From: Trichinella spiralis
Taxonomy: Eukaryota
DNA: 64,000 bases
Reading direction: 5' to 3'
NCBI RefSeq assembly: GCF_000181795.1
Contig: NW_003526948.1
Coordinates: 3,340,014-3,404,013 of the forward strand
The translations under genes and the position numbers were made by a program. The notes below the pieces were generated by a model, which did not search any database, was not told the DNA's origin, and was given only the letters and a program-made list of their open reading frames with translations. Shown here piece after piece: positions 12,781 to 26,258 of the stretch (position 1 is the first letter of the stretch; the number at the start of each line of letters is the position of its first letter).

Positions 12781-15700
12781 TTACTGTTGATGTTCTTTTC
12801 GTACTTGTTGCTGTTGCTGTTGCTGTTGCTGTTCTTGTTCTTTCGTTGCCTCTTCCAAGCCGACAAATTCCCCAGACGCCCGTTCAACATTAATCACTAT
12901 TGCACTGTTGTTGTCGCTGAATACATCAACTGTATCCTGTGAAGAGCTGCAATTGCCACTGCCACATTTCGATGCATTCTTTGCTGAATTCATGGCAACT
13001 TTCCGCTCGTTGGAATTTTTCTACAAGAAGAAAAAACAAACAAATACAATCACATTAATTTTGATATATATATATATATATATATATTACATACCCCAAA
13101 TTCGGCCATTTTTTCCTCGTTGCACTTTTCCACAAACGTCTCATGGTCAACATCATTTCGCATATTCTGCAACTGACGCAAACGCAACGACAACAAGTCG
13201 GTGAAACGTTTACGGTAGCAGACTGAAATTGTGTCCATCAAAGCGTAGACAGTTTCAAAATAGCGAGTGTGCAATTCCAAATTGCTGAAATCTCCATTCA
13301 TACAGTCGTGGCGCATCGATGCAACACGCCAGCCTTTCAACGTCAACTCAATGCAATATGCCTGCTCCTTGAAAAACAAAAAGAATTTTCGTTTTTCACA
13401 AATCTGCGTGAATTATTCACAAATTGAAAATTTTCCATCTTTCTCACTTCTAAAGTAGTGATGTTCAGAAATATCAGTTCGGATGTGCGAGGCAACAAAT
13501 CGCTGACAGCGATATCTTTGACGGCAAAATGTAGCTCATGCACAGCGGCAATTGCTTCCAACTCCAAACTGTTCAAACTCGCCTCACCAGGACTGATACT
13601 GCCGCTCATCTTACGAGATCTGGACATTTCAAAAGTATTTATATAGGAAAATAAAAGCAGAAAACAATAAATCATACCCAAACAATCCAGCAGTGATGCG
13701 ATATGGTGGTGTCAGACATGACGGTGTGAATGCTCCTCTACTGCGTGGAGATGAACGCTTGGACAGTGCATCACTGCTAAATGAAAATGACCAAATAGCA
13801 GCAAAATGGATTTTTCAATATAAATACCAACACCTACCATAAAAGACTCGCATACGAAGAGCTGCTTTTCACTAACGGAAACAAATTACTGCAGCCGGCT
13901 GACAATGAAGTACCATTGCTATTGCTACTGCTACTGCTATCAGCACACTTGGAAACAGCTGCCGCATTCTGTACAGCTCCACTAGCATTTGGCAACTTAG
14001 CAGTCGTCTGTGCGTTGGCTTCTTTCGACTCTCCAACATCTTGACCAGACATTTGCCGATAAAGCTGCAGCGCAGACGACCAACGTTTCGCCCTATTTCA
14101 GGAAAAAAAACATCATCATTATTTGTTGTCACCCATGCAAAATACTTGAATTATATTATTTCGCATTATTATTATTATTATTATTCCTTTCATATGTTGA
14201 ATACAACACATTACAACAACTAATTTGATCTTCGTATCATAAATGAGCACTTCTGTTGAAGAATATTTACCAGCATGTCGTCTATGAAGCAATGAAGTAT
14301 CAAAAATAAAACAGTTGTTCATTACATTTTAGCAAAGTTCGTACTCATTTCAGATAGATTTAAAATTGAAAAGCAAATGTGAAACTGTAATTTTTCAACT
14401 TAAAATACAACTAATAACATCCACAACAAAATAAAAGCATCTTGAAAACAATTAACTATTAATGGAAGACAAAGAAAAATCCCCTGATAAAAAATCATCA
14501 ATTAAATCCTCACAAATAACATAAACATACAAAATTTACATACAATTTAAAACGTTGTTCTGTGAATTTCAACAATATGCAAGATTTCCATAATTTTAAA
14601 TCCTGCTTGTAAATTTCATCTTAACTGTAATAATGTACTAACTGCAAATCAACAAAGAAAAAAAAATAAAAAAACCCTACATCTGTCATCATCATCACGT
14701 CAAAAAAAAGAACAATAATTTATTTTTATCATTAAAAAAACATGCAAAATACACGTGCTTGATGAATTATTACAAAAAAACACGTGAAAATAGATTTTTT
14801 ACTATTAAAAGCATTTATTTCAAATTGATAAAAAGAGGGAAAATATTTTAAAAAATTATTAACAAATATTTTACAAAATAAATAGCTCGTGACAAATAAT
14901 AGTTCTTGATTGTTACAGTACTCTTTAGTCAAACGCGATCAAATAAAAGTTAATTTAAAAATACAAAACAGTCAACCAGCACAATATATCAATTAGCAGT
15001 AACAATATCAGCAAGATGAGTAGAGTATTTTGAAAATTGAAACTGATTTTGATGATCTGATGAAGAAAGCAAAAATGCTGACGTGTACCAACAAAGAGGG
15101 TAAAAATAACGAGCAAAAAAATCAAAATGGAATTTGAAAAAAAAGTAATTATTGAAATGAATTTTTTGAAAAATACCCAAGCAAAAAAATATTAAAAATA
15201 GCGGCAAATGTAATCAAGCTGTTGTCAAGTGAAAAATAAAAATAACAATGACATGCTTCACAGAAATGGAAACGTACAACCAAGATGAATACATATTCAA
15301 TTAAAGCTATAAAAAAGTACAAGCTTTTGCTTCGTCAATTTCTCTTTTTATAGAAAATATTTTTAAAATACAATGAAATTAAAATAAATAAATATTGCAC
15401 CGATGCACTTAAAATTAAAATGTTTGTCTCTGAGCGCAACTGATTACGATTTGACACACGCGAAACACAGAACGAGAAAAAACTGAAAATGAAATGACGA
15501 AGCAAAATTGTTTTATGTTGTTCGTAGTAAAAGTACGTGTACCGTAAGATTGAAGGATGAAAAAATAAAAAGAAATATAAAAATTTTAAATAATAATGAT
15601 TTTTGCTAATTGAATTCAGTCGATATTCGAATAATGGCAGGTGAAGCAACAAATGCAGACAAAAAAGAAGAAGAAGAAGAAGAAGAAGAATAAGCGAAGA

Positions 15701-17045
15701 TATTTATCGCAAACTGGTAATGGAGAAAAGAAAATTGCATAAAAATTCAACAATTTTCGAAAATTAACATTTCTTTTAAAAAGAATACTTTTAAAATTTA
15801 AAGTAATATTATAAAAAAATAAATTGTGCTGCTTAGCTAATTATTTTAATGTTTTATTTTCAATTTTGCGTCAAATTTTTCACACTGAATGATTGTGTCA
15901 AAACGCTAGGCAAAGCTTTTGAAGAATCGCTGAAAATAAATCTAAATAAGTGACACTTTTGAGAGAGCGATTTCATCATCATCATCATCATCATCATCTT
16001 GACAATATTCATCTAAAGCAACTATACCAAATATTGATGAATGAGAACAGATTAAAAATAAAAAAATTTTTTTAATGATAATAATGAAGTGCGTGTTTGT
16101 CGCTATTTTCTTATCTCATCATGATAAACAACTGATAAAAGCGACAAATAAGTGTCAGCAGAGAAGAATTACAACAATGTATGCCAATTGCATTGAATCA
16201 TCTGGCATGAATGAACCGACTGCTAACTTTTGCATACGTTTGATAAATAACGTAAAAAATATTTGAATAGAAAAACAATGAACAACATAGTTTGTGTCCG
16301 GGTTCATTGTTGGCTCGACCACCTTTTTTACCAGCAGTAGTCGTCAACATCGAGATGATTCATTTAAATCATAAAATAATGAATAATGCAAAATTAAAAT
16401 AAAATCAACAATTACGTAATTATCATTTTTTTCATTTTTTTTCAGATCAAATCTGAATTGCAAAAATGACAACAAATTGTTGAATGACTGTCGAATCGAA
16501 AAGCTATGCAATTTTCATTTCTCCCCTGTTCAAATAATTGCAAGCCCAGTTCGCATAACAATCAAATATTTCTGTCTGCACGCGTAGGTGAAAATAGTAA
16601 AGATTGAACGCAACCCACACACGTGTGAATGAAACTGGAGAACAAAGCAGACATGAATCACAAAGTTGATTCATTGTGGAATTAAAATTTTCATTCATCC
16701 CCTCCCTCTCCCCCCCCCCCCCACTCGCCCCCGTTCCCCCTGTCCCTCTAGCCCTCCGGCGCTGCACCGACAGTTCTCTGCATAAAGACTGGGATGGGAA
16801 AATTTCATCTCAAAAGGCAAAAAAAAATGCCAAACATACTCTTTCTGTCGATAAGCTGGCGAAACACCAAGAACGTCGGCAAATGTGTTCGCATCCGGCA
16901 ACGGCCAAGATCGGTCGCCGGCATGAATAGCTTGCAAAAGCAAATCGAACAGCTGCATCCGGCCAACACTTGAACACAATCCCGTCTCGCCATTGCTTGC
17001 CGTTGGACGCGAATTTGATGTTACTTTTGATTGTACAGCAGACAT
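12781..17045 (-). CDS. GSKIP: GSK3-beta interacting protein (DUF727) with long N-terminal extension and poly-Q tail; about 6 coding exons
   Basis: LELEAIAAVHELHFAVKDIAVSDLLPRTSELIFLNITTLE / YCIELTLKGWRVAS..D..YFETVYALMDTIS..YRKRF..LL..RL..LQ matches the GSKIP domain. Exon 17045-16840 (phase 2, GTATGT donor) joins in frame to the exon starting at 14092. An alternative start lies at 14052. Confidence 0.88.
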
Positions 17046-17806
17046 CTTTTGTTGTTCGATTCTTCACACTTCGAACTGAAGCCGTGAGCTGAAATTTAAA
17101 AAAGAAAGAACAATAATTATTATTTACTTTTTCAAAATCATAAAAAAACATCACGCAAATCTGTTTGCTTTTTCTCGTGGAAAAATACATACAGATCAAA
17201 ATATAACGCGCAATAATATAAAATATGAACATGTATGTCGTGTAAAAATCACGTGAATCGTAAAAGTGACGCCAAAAATGTGCATGCAATAATCATTAGC
17301 TAATCAATGGTGATTGTTTGCCGCTTGACGAAAAATTTTCTCACTAAAATTCAATCAATCGGATAGATCTAGTTGAAATGAAAAACAATGAATGAATGAA
17401 ATCAACTTTTCATACATTATATTATAATACACCTATACAGATAAATGTACGCACACGCACAGATGTGTGTGAGTCGATTATAAAGAACTAATTATAAAAT
17501 GAATGCTTAAACCCGCCAAAATCAGACTGATCAATCAAATGCACTAGTAACACGTTTAGCTAGTCTGGGCAGAGTAAGCACGACGCCGTACACGAACATA
17601 CACTGACACAAGCGCGCATGTGCAATACAGTATACAGCTTGCAGAGCGAGCAAGTTCGACAATCTAATCAAGGGATGATGCAGAGATGCAACGTTAATGA
17701 CGTCATGTTAACCATGTGGACGGCTAGACGTAAAATTGATTCAACTAAAACTTAGACACTCGTCAATCAGAATGAACGACAAAATATAGCGCGAGAGGGG
17801 GGGGGA

Positions 17807-17834
17807 GGGAGAGAGAGAGAGAGAGAGAGAGAGA
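17807..17834. repeat. (GA)n microsatellite preceded by a G run
   Basis: Direct reading. Confidence 0.9.
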
Positions 17835-19633
17835 AGTAGGAGGACGGCGAGAGCAAAGAAGCTGAAATATAAAAATAAGAGAAATATGCTTTTTCAATAG
17901 CAACATGTGTTCTATGAATCGTTCAATACGTCAAGCGGCGATCTCGCATCTTCAGCATTTCCAATTTTGCTAGAAAATGATTGATTTGCATAGATAAACA
18001 CGTTAAACAGTGTACTTGGAGTAATTTTGAATAAATAAGCAAGTGAATTTTGCATTGCTGCAATTGTTCAGCATTCGACGACTTCGCTCAATAGTATGAA
18101 TGAGAAAATTTTTAGCATTAAAAAAATCGACCAAATAAATTTCTTCAATGCCAACGAACGAACAGCTTGAACGGCTACCAGTCACCATTATCACCATCAA
18201 AATGTTCAACAAAGTTAAACTATAATGATTAAAAATGTGAAAAGCACGTTTATTTAAAATGTCGAAAAATAAATAATAAAATTTACTTTACAAATATACA
18301 ATGATGAAAAATTGTCATCATCATCAACGACGATCAACTTATCAACTTACTTTATGTCGTTGATGCTTTAAACAAACAGCGCAGCGAAAGCAAAATCAGC
18401 ATCAGCAACAAGCAAAATGGTAAAACAAGACCAACACTTTTCCCAAAGGCGGTTTCAACGATTGTCCACACTGTTGAACAAATTCTTTATATTTATATCC
18501 ATCCTATGTAATTAATGTGTTTAAAATAAATTTTGAAAATATTTATTTTTCTCACCTATAAATTATGGAAACCGACGATCAACACAATCTGTTTGTAGAC
18601 AGGGCGTAATCAACACTTTCTGCAGAACATAACCACACTGACAAGCAAGATATGGAACACCAATTGGAAAGCTATACAGAATAATTTGCAGATAACTTCA
18701 TTTCAAATATAAAAATATATAAATGTCAGGACAATTACATGACCTAACCTAACCAAAGTAGATAAGAGAGAGAGAGAGAAAGAAAGACAGGGGGGCACAG
18801 AGTGACATGAGTGAATGAGAATATAAAAGAGACATACTGACAGATAAAGTTCGCCTCAGAGAAGGACATTCACTAATAGCCTACGGTAATTATACCGCAA
18901 TGCTTGATTGGTTTTGTTTTACAGTTTTATTCTTCTTTATGAACAATCGCCATCAATGGAAAAGAAAGAATGACCCAATCCCATACTGCAGGTCAAGAGC
19001 AAAAAGCTCTTTCATTTGCACTGTTCGTTTTTCCACTGCACTGCAATCTTTCGCTGATAGCAGTGCAATTTTTATCCACAAAGCAAATAAATCAATTAAA
19101 TGTTTATTTACTTATTTATTACTATATTAGTGGCTTCAGGCGGCATTAACCAGCCACAATATCGCCCACATGCAAAATGCAACGCAATTCTCAAGGGCGA
19201 AGGAATTTAAGTATGTAAAACTGTCAAGGGCATAAGAAAGAAGAATTTTTCAAACTGTCGTCGAACAGTTCAATCTGCCCCCCCCTCTACTGTTGAATAA
19301 ATGGTTTAATACGAAAAATCAAATAATTAACTGGAGCTCTTTTACAAATAAATAGATTCTGAAAATTTTCGAAAGAAAAACGTCAAATACAAATAATCAT
19401 TACAGTTGCTACAAATTCCAGTATCACTTGACGAATATCTGGCAAATAAAATTTGACAATAGCGCAATAAATAAAGAAAAACAAATTAAATCAAAAATTT
19501 ATAAACCTAATTACAAAACTAATTAGACTAATTATAGTACACCTATAGATCTAATCATAATAGTCCTAATACATTGTGCTTCTTTCACTACAGTATAACA
19601 ATATAATCTTAAAATAGTTTTTGTCATAAAGTA

Positions 19634-20328
19634 CAGTCGGCCTCAACATCGCGATATGTGCGCGCCAGCAGAACCGCGAATATTTGTCGCTTCCATTCAT
19701 ACACCCCGCTGATGCCTTATAATCCTACACCATTTCCTGACAGATGTAAGAAATAATATCACGGACCATCGACTGATTTTCATTTTAAACATTCATCCCG
19801 TATTTATTTTTTTATTCGTTTGACTGAGTGTATATTATCGGTGTGTTCTTGAATGCAAGCTTACCAGATATGATGGACTGTATGACGCATCTTTTTTAAA
19901 AAACATTGTGACTATAGCAGTGGCTTCATGCATTATGAATTTACTCAAATTTTGCGTTAGTTTCATGCAGTATTGGATCGGGCTATCATGAAAGCGGAAA
20001 TACTGCGCTTCTAGACATATTCGGACTGGTTGATCAGTCTGGAGCAAGCGTGTGAAATCACTGAACCGGTGCTGCCGTAAGCTAACCTCCCGTTCGCAGC
20101 GCTTCCTTTCCCTTCACCATAATGTTCTTATCTCTTTCATCTTAGCATTAGTAGAGGTTAGTTAGCTTCCCGGTTTGGTTAAATCGTAATCAGTACCGTT
20201 ATGATGTGGAACTTCATAAGCGGAAACAACCTTGCATTGAACCTCCAGATTCACAGCATACATAGGGTCTAGAAATAAGATTTATCTTTCGGGCGGCTTT
20301 GAAATCCGCAAATATTGAAGGTTAACTG
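19634..20328. mobile_element. Degenerate non-autonomous Tc1/mariner-superfamily (pogo/Tigger-like) element
   Basis: TA|CAGTCGGCCTCAACATCGCG at the left end and CCGCAAATATTGAAGGTTAACTG|TA at the right end form imperfect TIRs with TA flanks. The interior is GC-richer than its flanks; no transposase was found. Confidence 0.5.
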
Positions 20329-20764
20329 TATAATCATATACGAATTTGAATAGGTTTTAAAAAAGCTCCCCTTCTCCATCTCTCTCTCTCCGTGTCTTAA
20401 GAAATGTTCAAAAAAGTATTATCATAATAAAAAAAAGTTATACTAAGAGATTTGTAATAATTTAAATGCAAGTATTACTCACCGAAGCAATCTTCATCTT
20501 GATTTTCCGACATACGTACATGCATATGCGTTGAAGTACGGTTAAAGAAAAAACAAGAATACAAAAACCAATTTTTTAACATGAAGTAAAATTTTCAAAA
20601 ATAAATAAATACAAAATGAGCATTTTCACCTAAAATATTGAATATTTTACAAATAACAATTACATCATTAATTCAAAAATATAATACAAAAAAACTTACA
20701 ACAGTAATTGCAAAAAAACATTTTTCTCCGTTCAAAAAACTTCACATTATTTTTAGCAAACCGT

Positions 20765-23117
20765 TCAATCAGACCAAACGGAAAATTGCAGATTGGATGG
20801 CAAATCTGCAGAATCATTTTCCAAGATAGGATATACTTTTGAACTGTCCTCATTCTACAAATTATAACATCGCATTATTCTGCAAAATTGAAAAGAAGAA
20901 AGCAACAAAAATAAAAAAATACTGCTTCTGTTCTGCGCTTGTTCTTTATCATCTGCAAATATTTGGTCATTATTGGATCGATAAGAGCATCATTTTTTGA
21001 CAATTCATCAAGCTGATGATCTTTTTGAATTTCATTTTCGTCGCTCTTTTCCACAACAACACCATTTTCTGATGATTGAATATCGTTACGTCGTTCCTGC
21101 TGTGGAAAACGAAAAAATACAAGCAAACATTTTATCCAACAATATCCCCGATTGTGATAAATAATAAGCAAAAAAATCTACTATTCGCAATTGTAATGTG
21201 AATTAAACTTATTGAAAAGAACAACAGTTTCGAAATGATTGGATGAATTCAGTTTGAAGCAATTTGAAAACAAAAACAAAATTAAAACTTAACAGACAAA
21301 GATCTACGTACATGAGAAGCATTTTTCGACAGCAGACGACTTTCCCAGTTGTCGTCCGTTTTGATCAACTTTGAACTGCCATTTATCATGATTTCTTCAC
21401 TTGAAATATTTTCCATTTTGTCTTCTTTTGAAGTTCGAATTTGACTAAAATGCTCTTGTCGAGCTTGATCATCATCATCATCATCACCATCGCAAATTTT
21501 GTTTTTCGCTATTCCACGGGCTGAAATTATTGCACCTCGCTTCAGATCTATTTCTGCTGATTGCCCAGCAGAAAGATTCAGTCCAGTGTTCCGCTGCAAC
21601 GTTTCTATATTACGAAGAATACTGTCAATGCTGTTCAACATTTTCTTTGTATTCTTAGTAAAATAATCTTCCTGATACGAAGCAACTGCCCGATCAAGCT
21701 TCTAAAAACACAGGGAAATAGACAAAATATGAGACACATATTTTTCACAGAATTTCGTATGATTGATTTGAAAAATACGTACGAAACCAATTTCACACAA
21801 TAAAATGTGAACCACAGGAACCAATATTCGAAAATCAAAAAACAATCCCGTTTAGCATTCTATTAATTTTTGAATAAAATATGCTTTTTTCTTTTCATTA
21901 AAAACAAAACGTAGAATTGCTCAGCTGATGAAGAAAGTATACAATCAGTAACCTTATCTCTTGCATTTGCTCCAACTGCGTCTGCTAGTGTGTATAAACT
22001 AATGCAAGCATTAGCACATATGATGCATAGTTATTTGAAATCTAATTTCACCGCATTACATTCCTTTATCAATGCTTAAGACTTGCATGTGCGCTTCAAG
22101 ATTTCGAGTAATATTTAAAAATCAAAGTAAAAAAATTTACATGCTCAAAATTTAAAGAATTGCCTTAATTAAATGAAAATAACAAATTTACACTGGAAAA
22201 TAAATAAATAAATAGAAGCAAACTTGCACTACAATATAACACTGGACAAAAAAATTACCATGATTTTCAAATCGATCACTTCTGCAACGTCCAATGGTTC
22301 GCATAAATCTGTTTTGTTAGCCACAGCAAAATTGCCACTGCTTTCATCATCGCTCTGATTGGCATTTTTGTATGAATTATGGAACAAAGTCTCGCTCCGA
22401 AAATTACACCTTAAAATTATGCAATAAAAGTGTAAAATTTAATGAATGAAATTTATTTCGCTCTTTCCATGTTTCAAGAGGAACGAGAAAACCCCTCTAC
22501 CTTGAATTGAGATCTTTTGCTGTGCGTAAAAAAGAGTAATGATTCAAATTGTCGAACTTCGAATCCACTTTACACGTTGAATTATGCAACGGATTCTTTA
22601 AAATGTAATAAAATGTTAATTAAAGTAAATAAATAAATTTAAGTTGTACTTTCGATGGAGAAATCCCATTTGACAAAGTGCTGCTCGTATTGTCTTCAGT
22701 TTTTCTCGACTCTGCACCTGAATCAGTAGTTGAATCGTTTCGTTTCAAATTATTCATTTCGAAAATTTTAAGCCTTTTTGATAATTCTAAATTTTAGAAA
22801 AATTCATCATCAATAAGCGGGCAAAAAAACCCACTAACAATTACAATAAATATACCGTAATTTTTTCTCAACAAATTTTTCTTCTCTGCCAACCAATTGG
22901 CTTGCAGTTGGTCAATTTCGGCGGTCATTCTCTTGTTCTCTTCTTGCAAAATATCGTAATCAGAATTAGCTTGCAACTGTCGATTTAGGCGTTTGTTTTC
23001 CTTTTGAAACTTCTGCAAGCGTTCTCTGAGCTTGTCCACAGTTTTCTAGCAAAAGAAAAGAAGAAGAAGCAAATGTACAATTGTGAACATATTGCAGATA
23101 GTCATATAACATATTCA

Positions 23118-23160
<43 letters not shown>

Positions 23161-24801
23161 TAATATAAATATTATGTAAACAAATATCGACGTGTCTGTT
23201 CACCTGCAGTGCTGAAATACGATCGTTCCGTTCTGACGTCACCCAATTTAAAGCTTGGTTGCGTCCTTCTTCTGAGCTTAAGAAAAGCTTGATGAGCTCT
23301 GCAAAAGTTGAGTGTGTAAAAAGAAAAAAGCCTCAACGACAACAGCAACAACAAGCAGCTATTAAATTTTACGTTGAAATTTTTTCTCTTTTGCACGCAT
23401 TCTTTGGTAACAACTGTCAACTTGCTGTTGTTCCTCCATTCGGATAGTTTGAACAATTTGATCGTAATTTTTAATAAATTCCTCTTCTTTATCTTTGATC
23501 ATCGATTCTTGCTTGGAAAGATCTCGCTTTCTTTGATTAATTCTCTCTTCCTCACGACAAAGCCATCTTAATTAAAAACACACACATGTATTAATCATAT
23601 TGTTATTACATATTTATTTTTAATAACTTAAAAAATACATGAAACAAGGAAAATTGCACAAACAAAGCTCAAAAGCAAATTAGATAAATTCACTTACGTC
23701 TTCACTTCTTCTGCGAGAGAAACCAACTCATCCTCTTGCTCTTTCAGTGATTCAGCTTTTTCAGTCAGCTTCTCTTCAACAATTCGTTGCTCATTTTCAA
23801 TTGCCTGTTCAAATTGCATTATTAATAATTGTACTGTTTTGTTGGACATTCACACGGACAGCAAAAAAGTGATAATTTTTTAATGTAAATTAGAAAAGTA
23901 TGAAAAAAAATAATTGCACTCATCCATCACTCACCAATTTTTCATTAGCAACGTCAATCTTCAACGCTTTGTACTCGTTGATCAGAGATTTTTCTTTCGC
24001 ATCATATTCACGTTTCAACTGAAACAATATCAAAATAATAAAGATGTAAAATTTCATCAAACTATAAAAATCAATTAATTCACGTTTGCAATTTCTTCAT
24101 TCAAACGTTTCGCCATTGTCTGTTCAAGAAGTTGTAGTTCATTTTCCATTTTCGATTCCATATTGCAAACCTGATCACAAAACAACAGACAACCATTATC
24201 ATAATTGATAGCCAAATTTGAGCAAATGAGACAAACTTCTCGAGTGAACTTTTCGTTGTATTTCATTTCAATGCTTTCCCACAACGACAGCAATGCAGAA
24301 CTGCTGGAAATGTCCGACTTGAGTTGTACGTCGTGCAGCCGCTGATGGAAATCAACCAATGGAGGAAAACAGTTTAAATTGGAAACAAATGATGAAATTC
24401 AATTTTCTCACTCAAACATACCGATTCATCAAGCTGGTGGCTTTCGGACAGGAACGTGGATAACGTGCACCCGTAACCATGGTATTTCAAATATTTTGCC
24501 ACTTGAGAATCACACCACCTCGAAAATATCCGCCTGCCGCTGTTGGTCGTATGCGATTCAGAAGCCAACTTCGACAGGAAAGCATTTCGAATAGCTACTT
24601 TCAAAGCATTCTGAAAATAAAAAAAATTTTGGATAAATTATGCAAAATTTGGGATTCCGGTGATTTTCTTCTTACCCTCTCTGCTATTGAACAGTTGGCC
24701 AAATTCAACGGTGAAACCACGCCGGCATTCTTCACGTCTTCACTGTTCAAATCTTCAGATTCAAAAGTTGATTCAGACAATTCCACCGACGTTTGGACCA
24801 T
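20765..24801 (-). CDS. OFD1: OFD1-like LisH and coiled-coil centriole/basal-body protein (multi-exon)
   Basis: N-terminal KVAIRNAFLSKL followed by LisH-like CDSQVAKYLKYHGYGCTLSTFLSES; several heptad-rich exons (23.2-24.2 kb, 22.9-23.0 kb); C-terminal DPIMTKYLQMIK resembles the OFD1 DPLEKYMKII motif; stop at 20765. Confidence 0.7.
23119..23160. repeat. (AAT)n microsatellite in an intron
   Basis: Direct reading. Confidence 0.95.
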
Positions 24802-26201
24802 TTTTATTTTTCAATTTTTAAAAAAATTTTTCGTCCATTTTCCACCTCTTAAAACTTGACACAGACAACAATTACACACCTTTGCGTGTGAGAGAGGCCA
24901 AGCATACTTTTTGATTTGTAAAATTTTCTCAACAAATAAAATTGAAATGAACATTGAACATTTTTGAAAAAAATGCACATTTCTACATATACAATGAAAA
25001 AAATTCAAAAAGAAAACTTAATCTCAAACAAACAAGCCAGCCAGTCAGCTTCACGTGTCGTTAATTACTGCTGACGTTTAAACATTTAAAAACAATTTTA
25101 AAAAATTAATATATTATGATTGAATGGTTATTTTCGATTCGAAAGAGAACATTGAGAGAAATGAGAAAAAACAACAACAAAATAATTAATACTTGACGAA
25201 CAACAATTATTAAATATAAAAAATGAGAAATCTACTCGAACAAGTTGACATTATAGCAAAATGTATGTATAGAAAATTGAGAAAAATGAAATTTAAAATT
25301 AAAGCTAATATAAATGAAAACAAGTGAATAAAAACACAAACCTCGAATGACGAATATTCAGCTACTGAAAACAGTTGCTATGGTGATCAAGACAACAAGC
25401 GTTGCGCTTCTTCATCAAAACGGCGGAATAATTGATAATGAAATGTTCCGTACAAATCAGCTGTAGAAGAGAAAATCAATCAATATCACGACATGCATAC
25501 ACACGTTAACGACAATATTATTTCATCAAATATAACATTTGAAAATAAATCAATCAATCAACGTACAAATACATGCACAGAGTGTAATTTGAGATGTGCT
25601 GAATGGAAATAATTTAATCAAAAATAAACATTCAATATTATTTTTAGAATTATTAATTTACATTAAAATTTGCCAACATTCACGAATTACTATTCACAAC
25701 TGTTTATATATATTATTATTATTATTTCCCCTTAAAGATTATATATTTTTGATTTGAACAAAAATAATTCAAATGCAATTAATTAATGCTATTTGAAATA
25801 TTTTAAACAAAAATCAAATTATTTTAACATTCACATTCTCGTCTTCACCACGCATACAATAAAAGCAGAGGAAACTTTTTAAATATAAATTTGCATTTGA
25901 AGCTCGTTTTAAAGAGTCTATAGATGTGTGCCAAGAAAAATAAATTGCTTATTAACAATTTGAATCGACAACAAATTAATCAAACATAAAACCATAATAA
26001 AAATAAAATATGGACATATGCACGTCACTGGACATCGGCTGCTACTACTGCTACGCCTTTGAAATATTTGAAGTACTAGAGGAGAGAAATAAATTGTTAC
26101 CGTTAGAAAATTATTACACTACGGAAATGATCTTTGGATAAACAAAATAACCAATCTGTTCCCCAGATAACAAATGCTTGTATCACTTATTGAAAAGGAT
26201 A

Positions 26202-26205
<4 letters not shown>

Positions 26206-26257
<52 letters not shown>
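26206..26257. repeat. (AAT)n microsatellite
   Basis: Direct reading; it explains the spurious poly-N and poly-I ORFs here. Confidence 0.95.

Positions 26258-26258
<1 letters not shown>

Noticed and set aside
18742..18754. CCTAACCTAACC telomere-like or telomerase-template-like motif (also ~11513 and ~20082)
   Set aside because: Only about two units, expected by chance, with no supporting structure.
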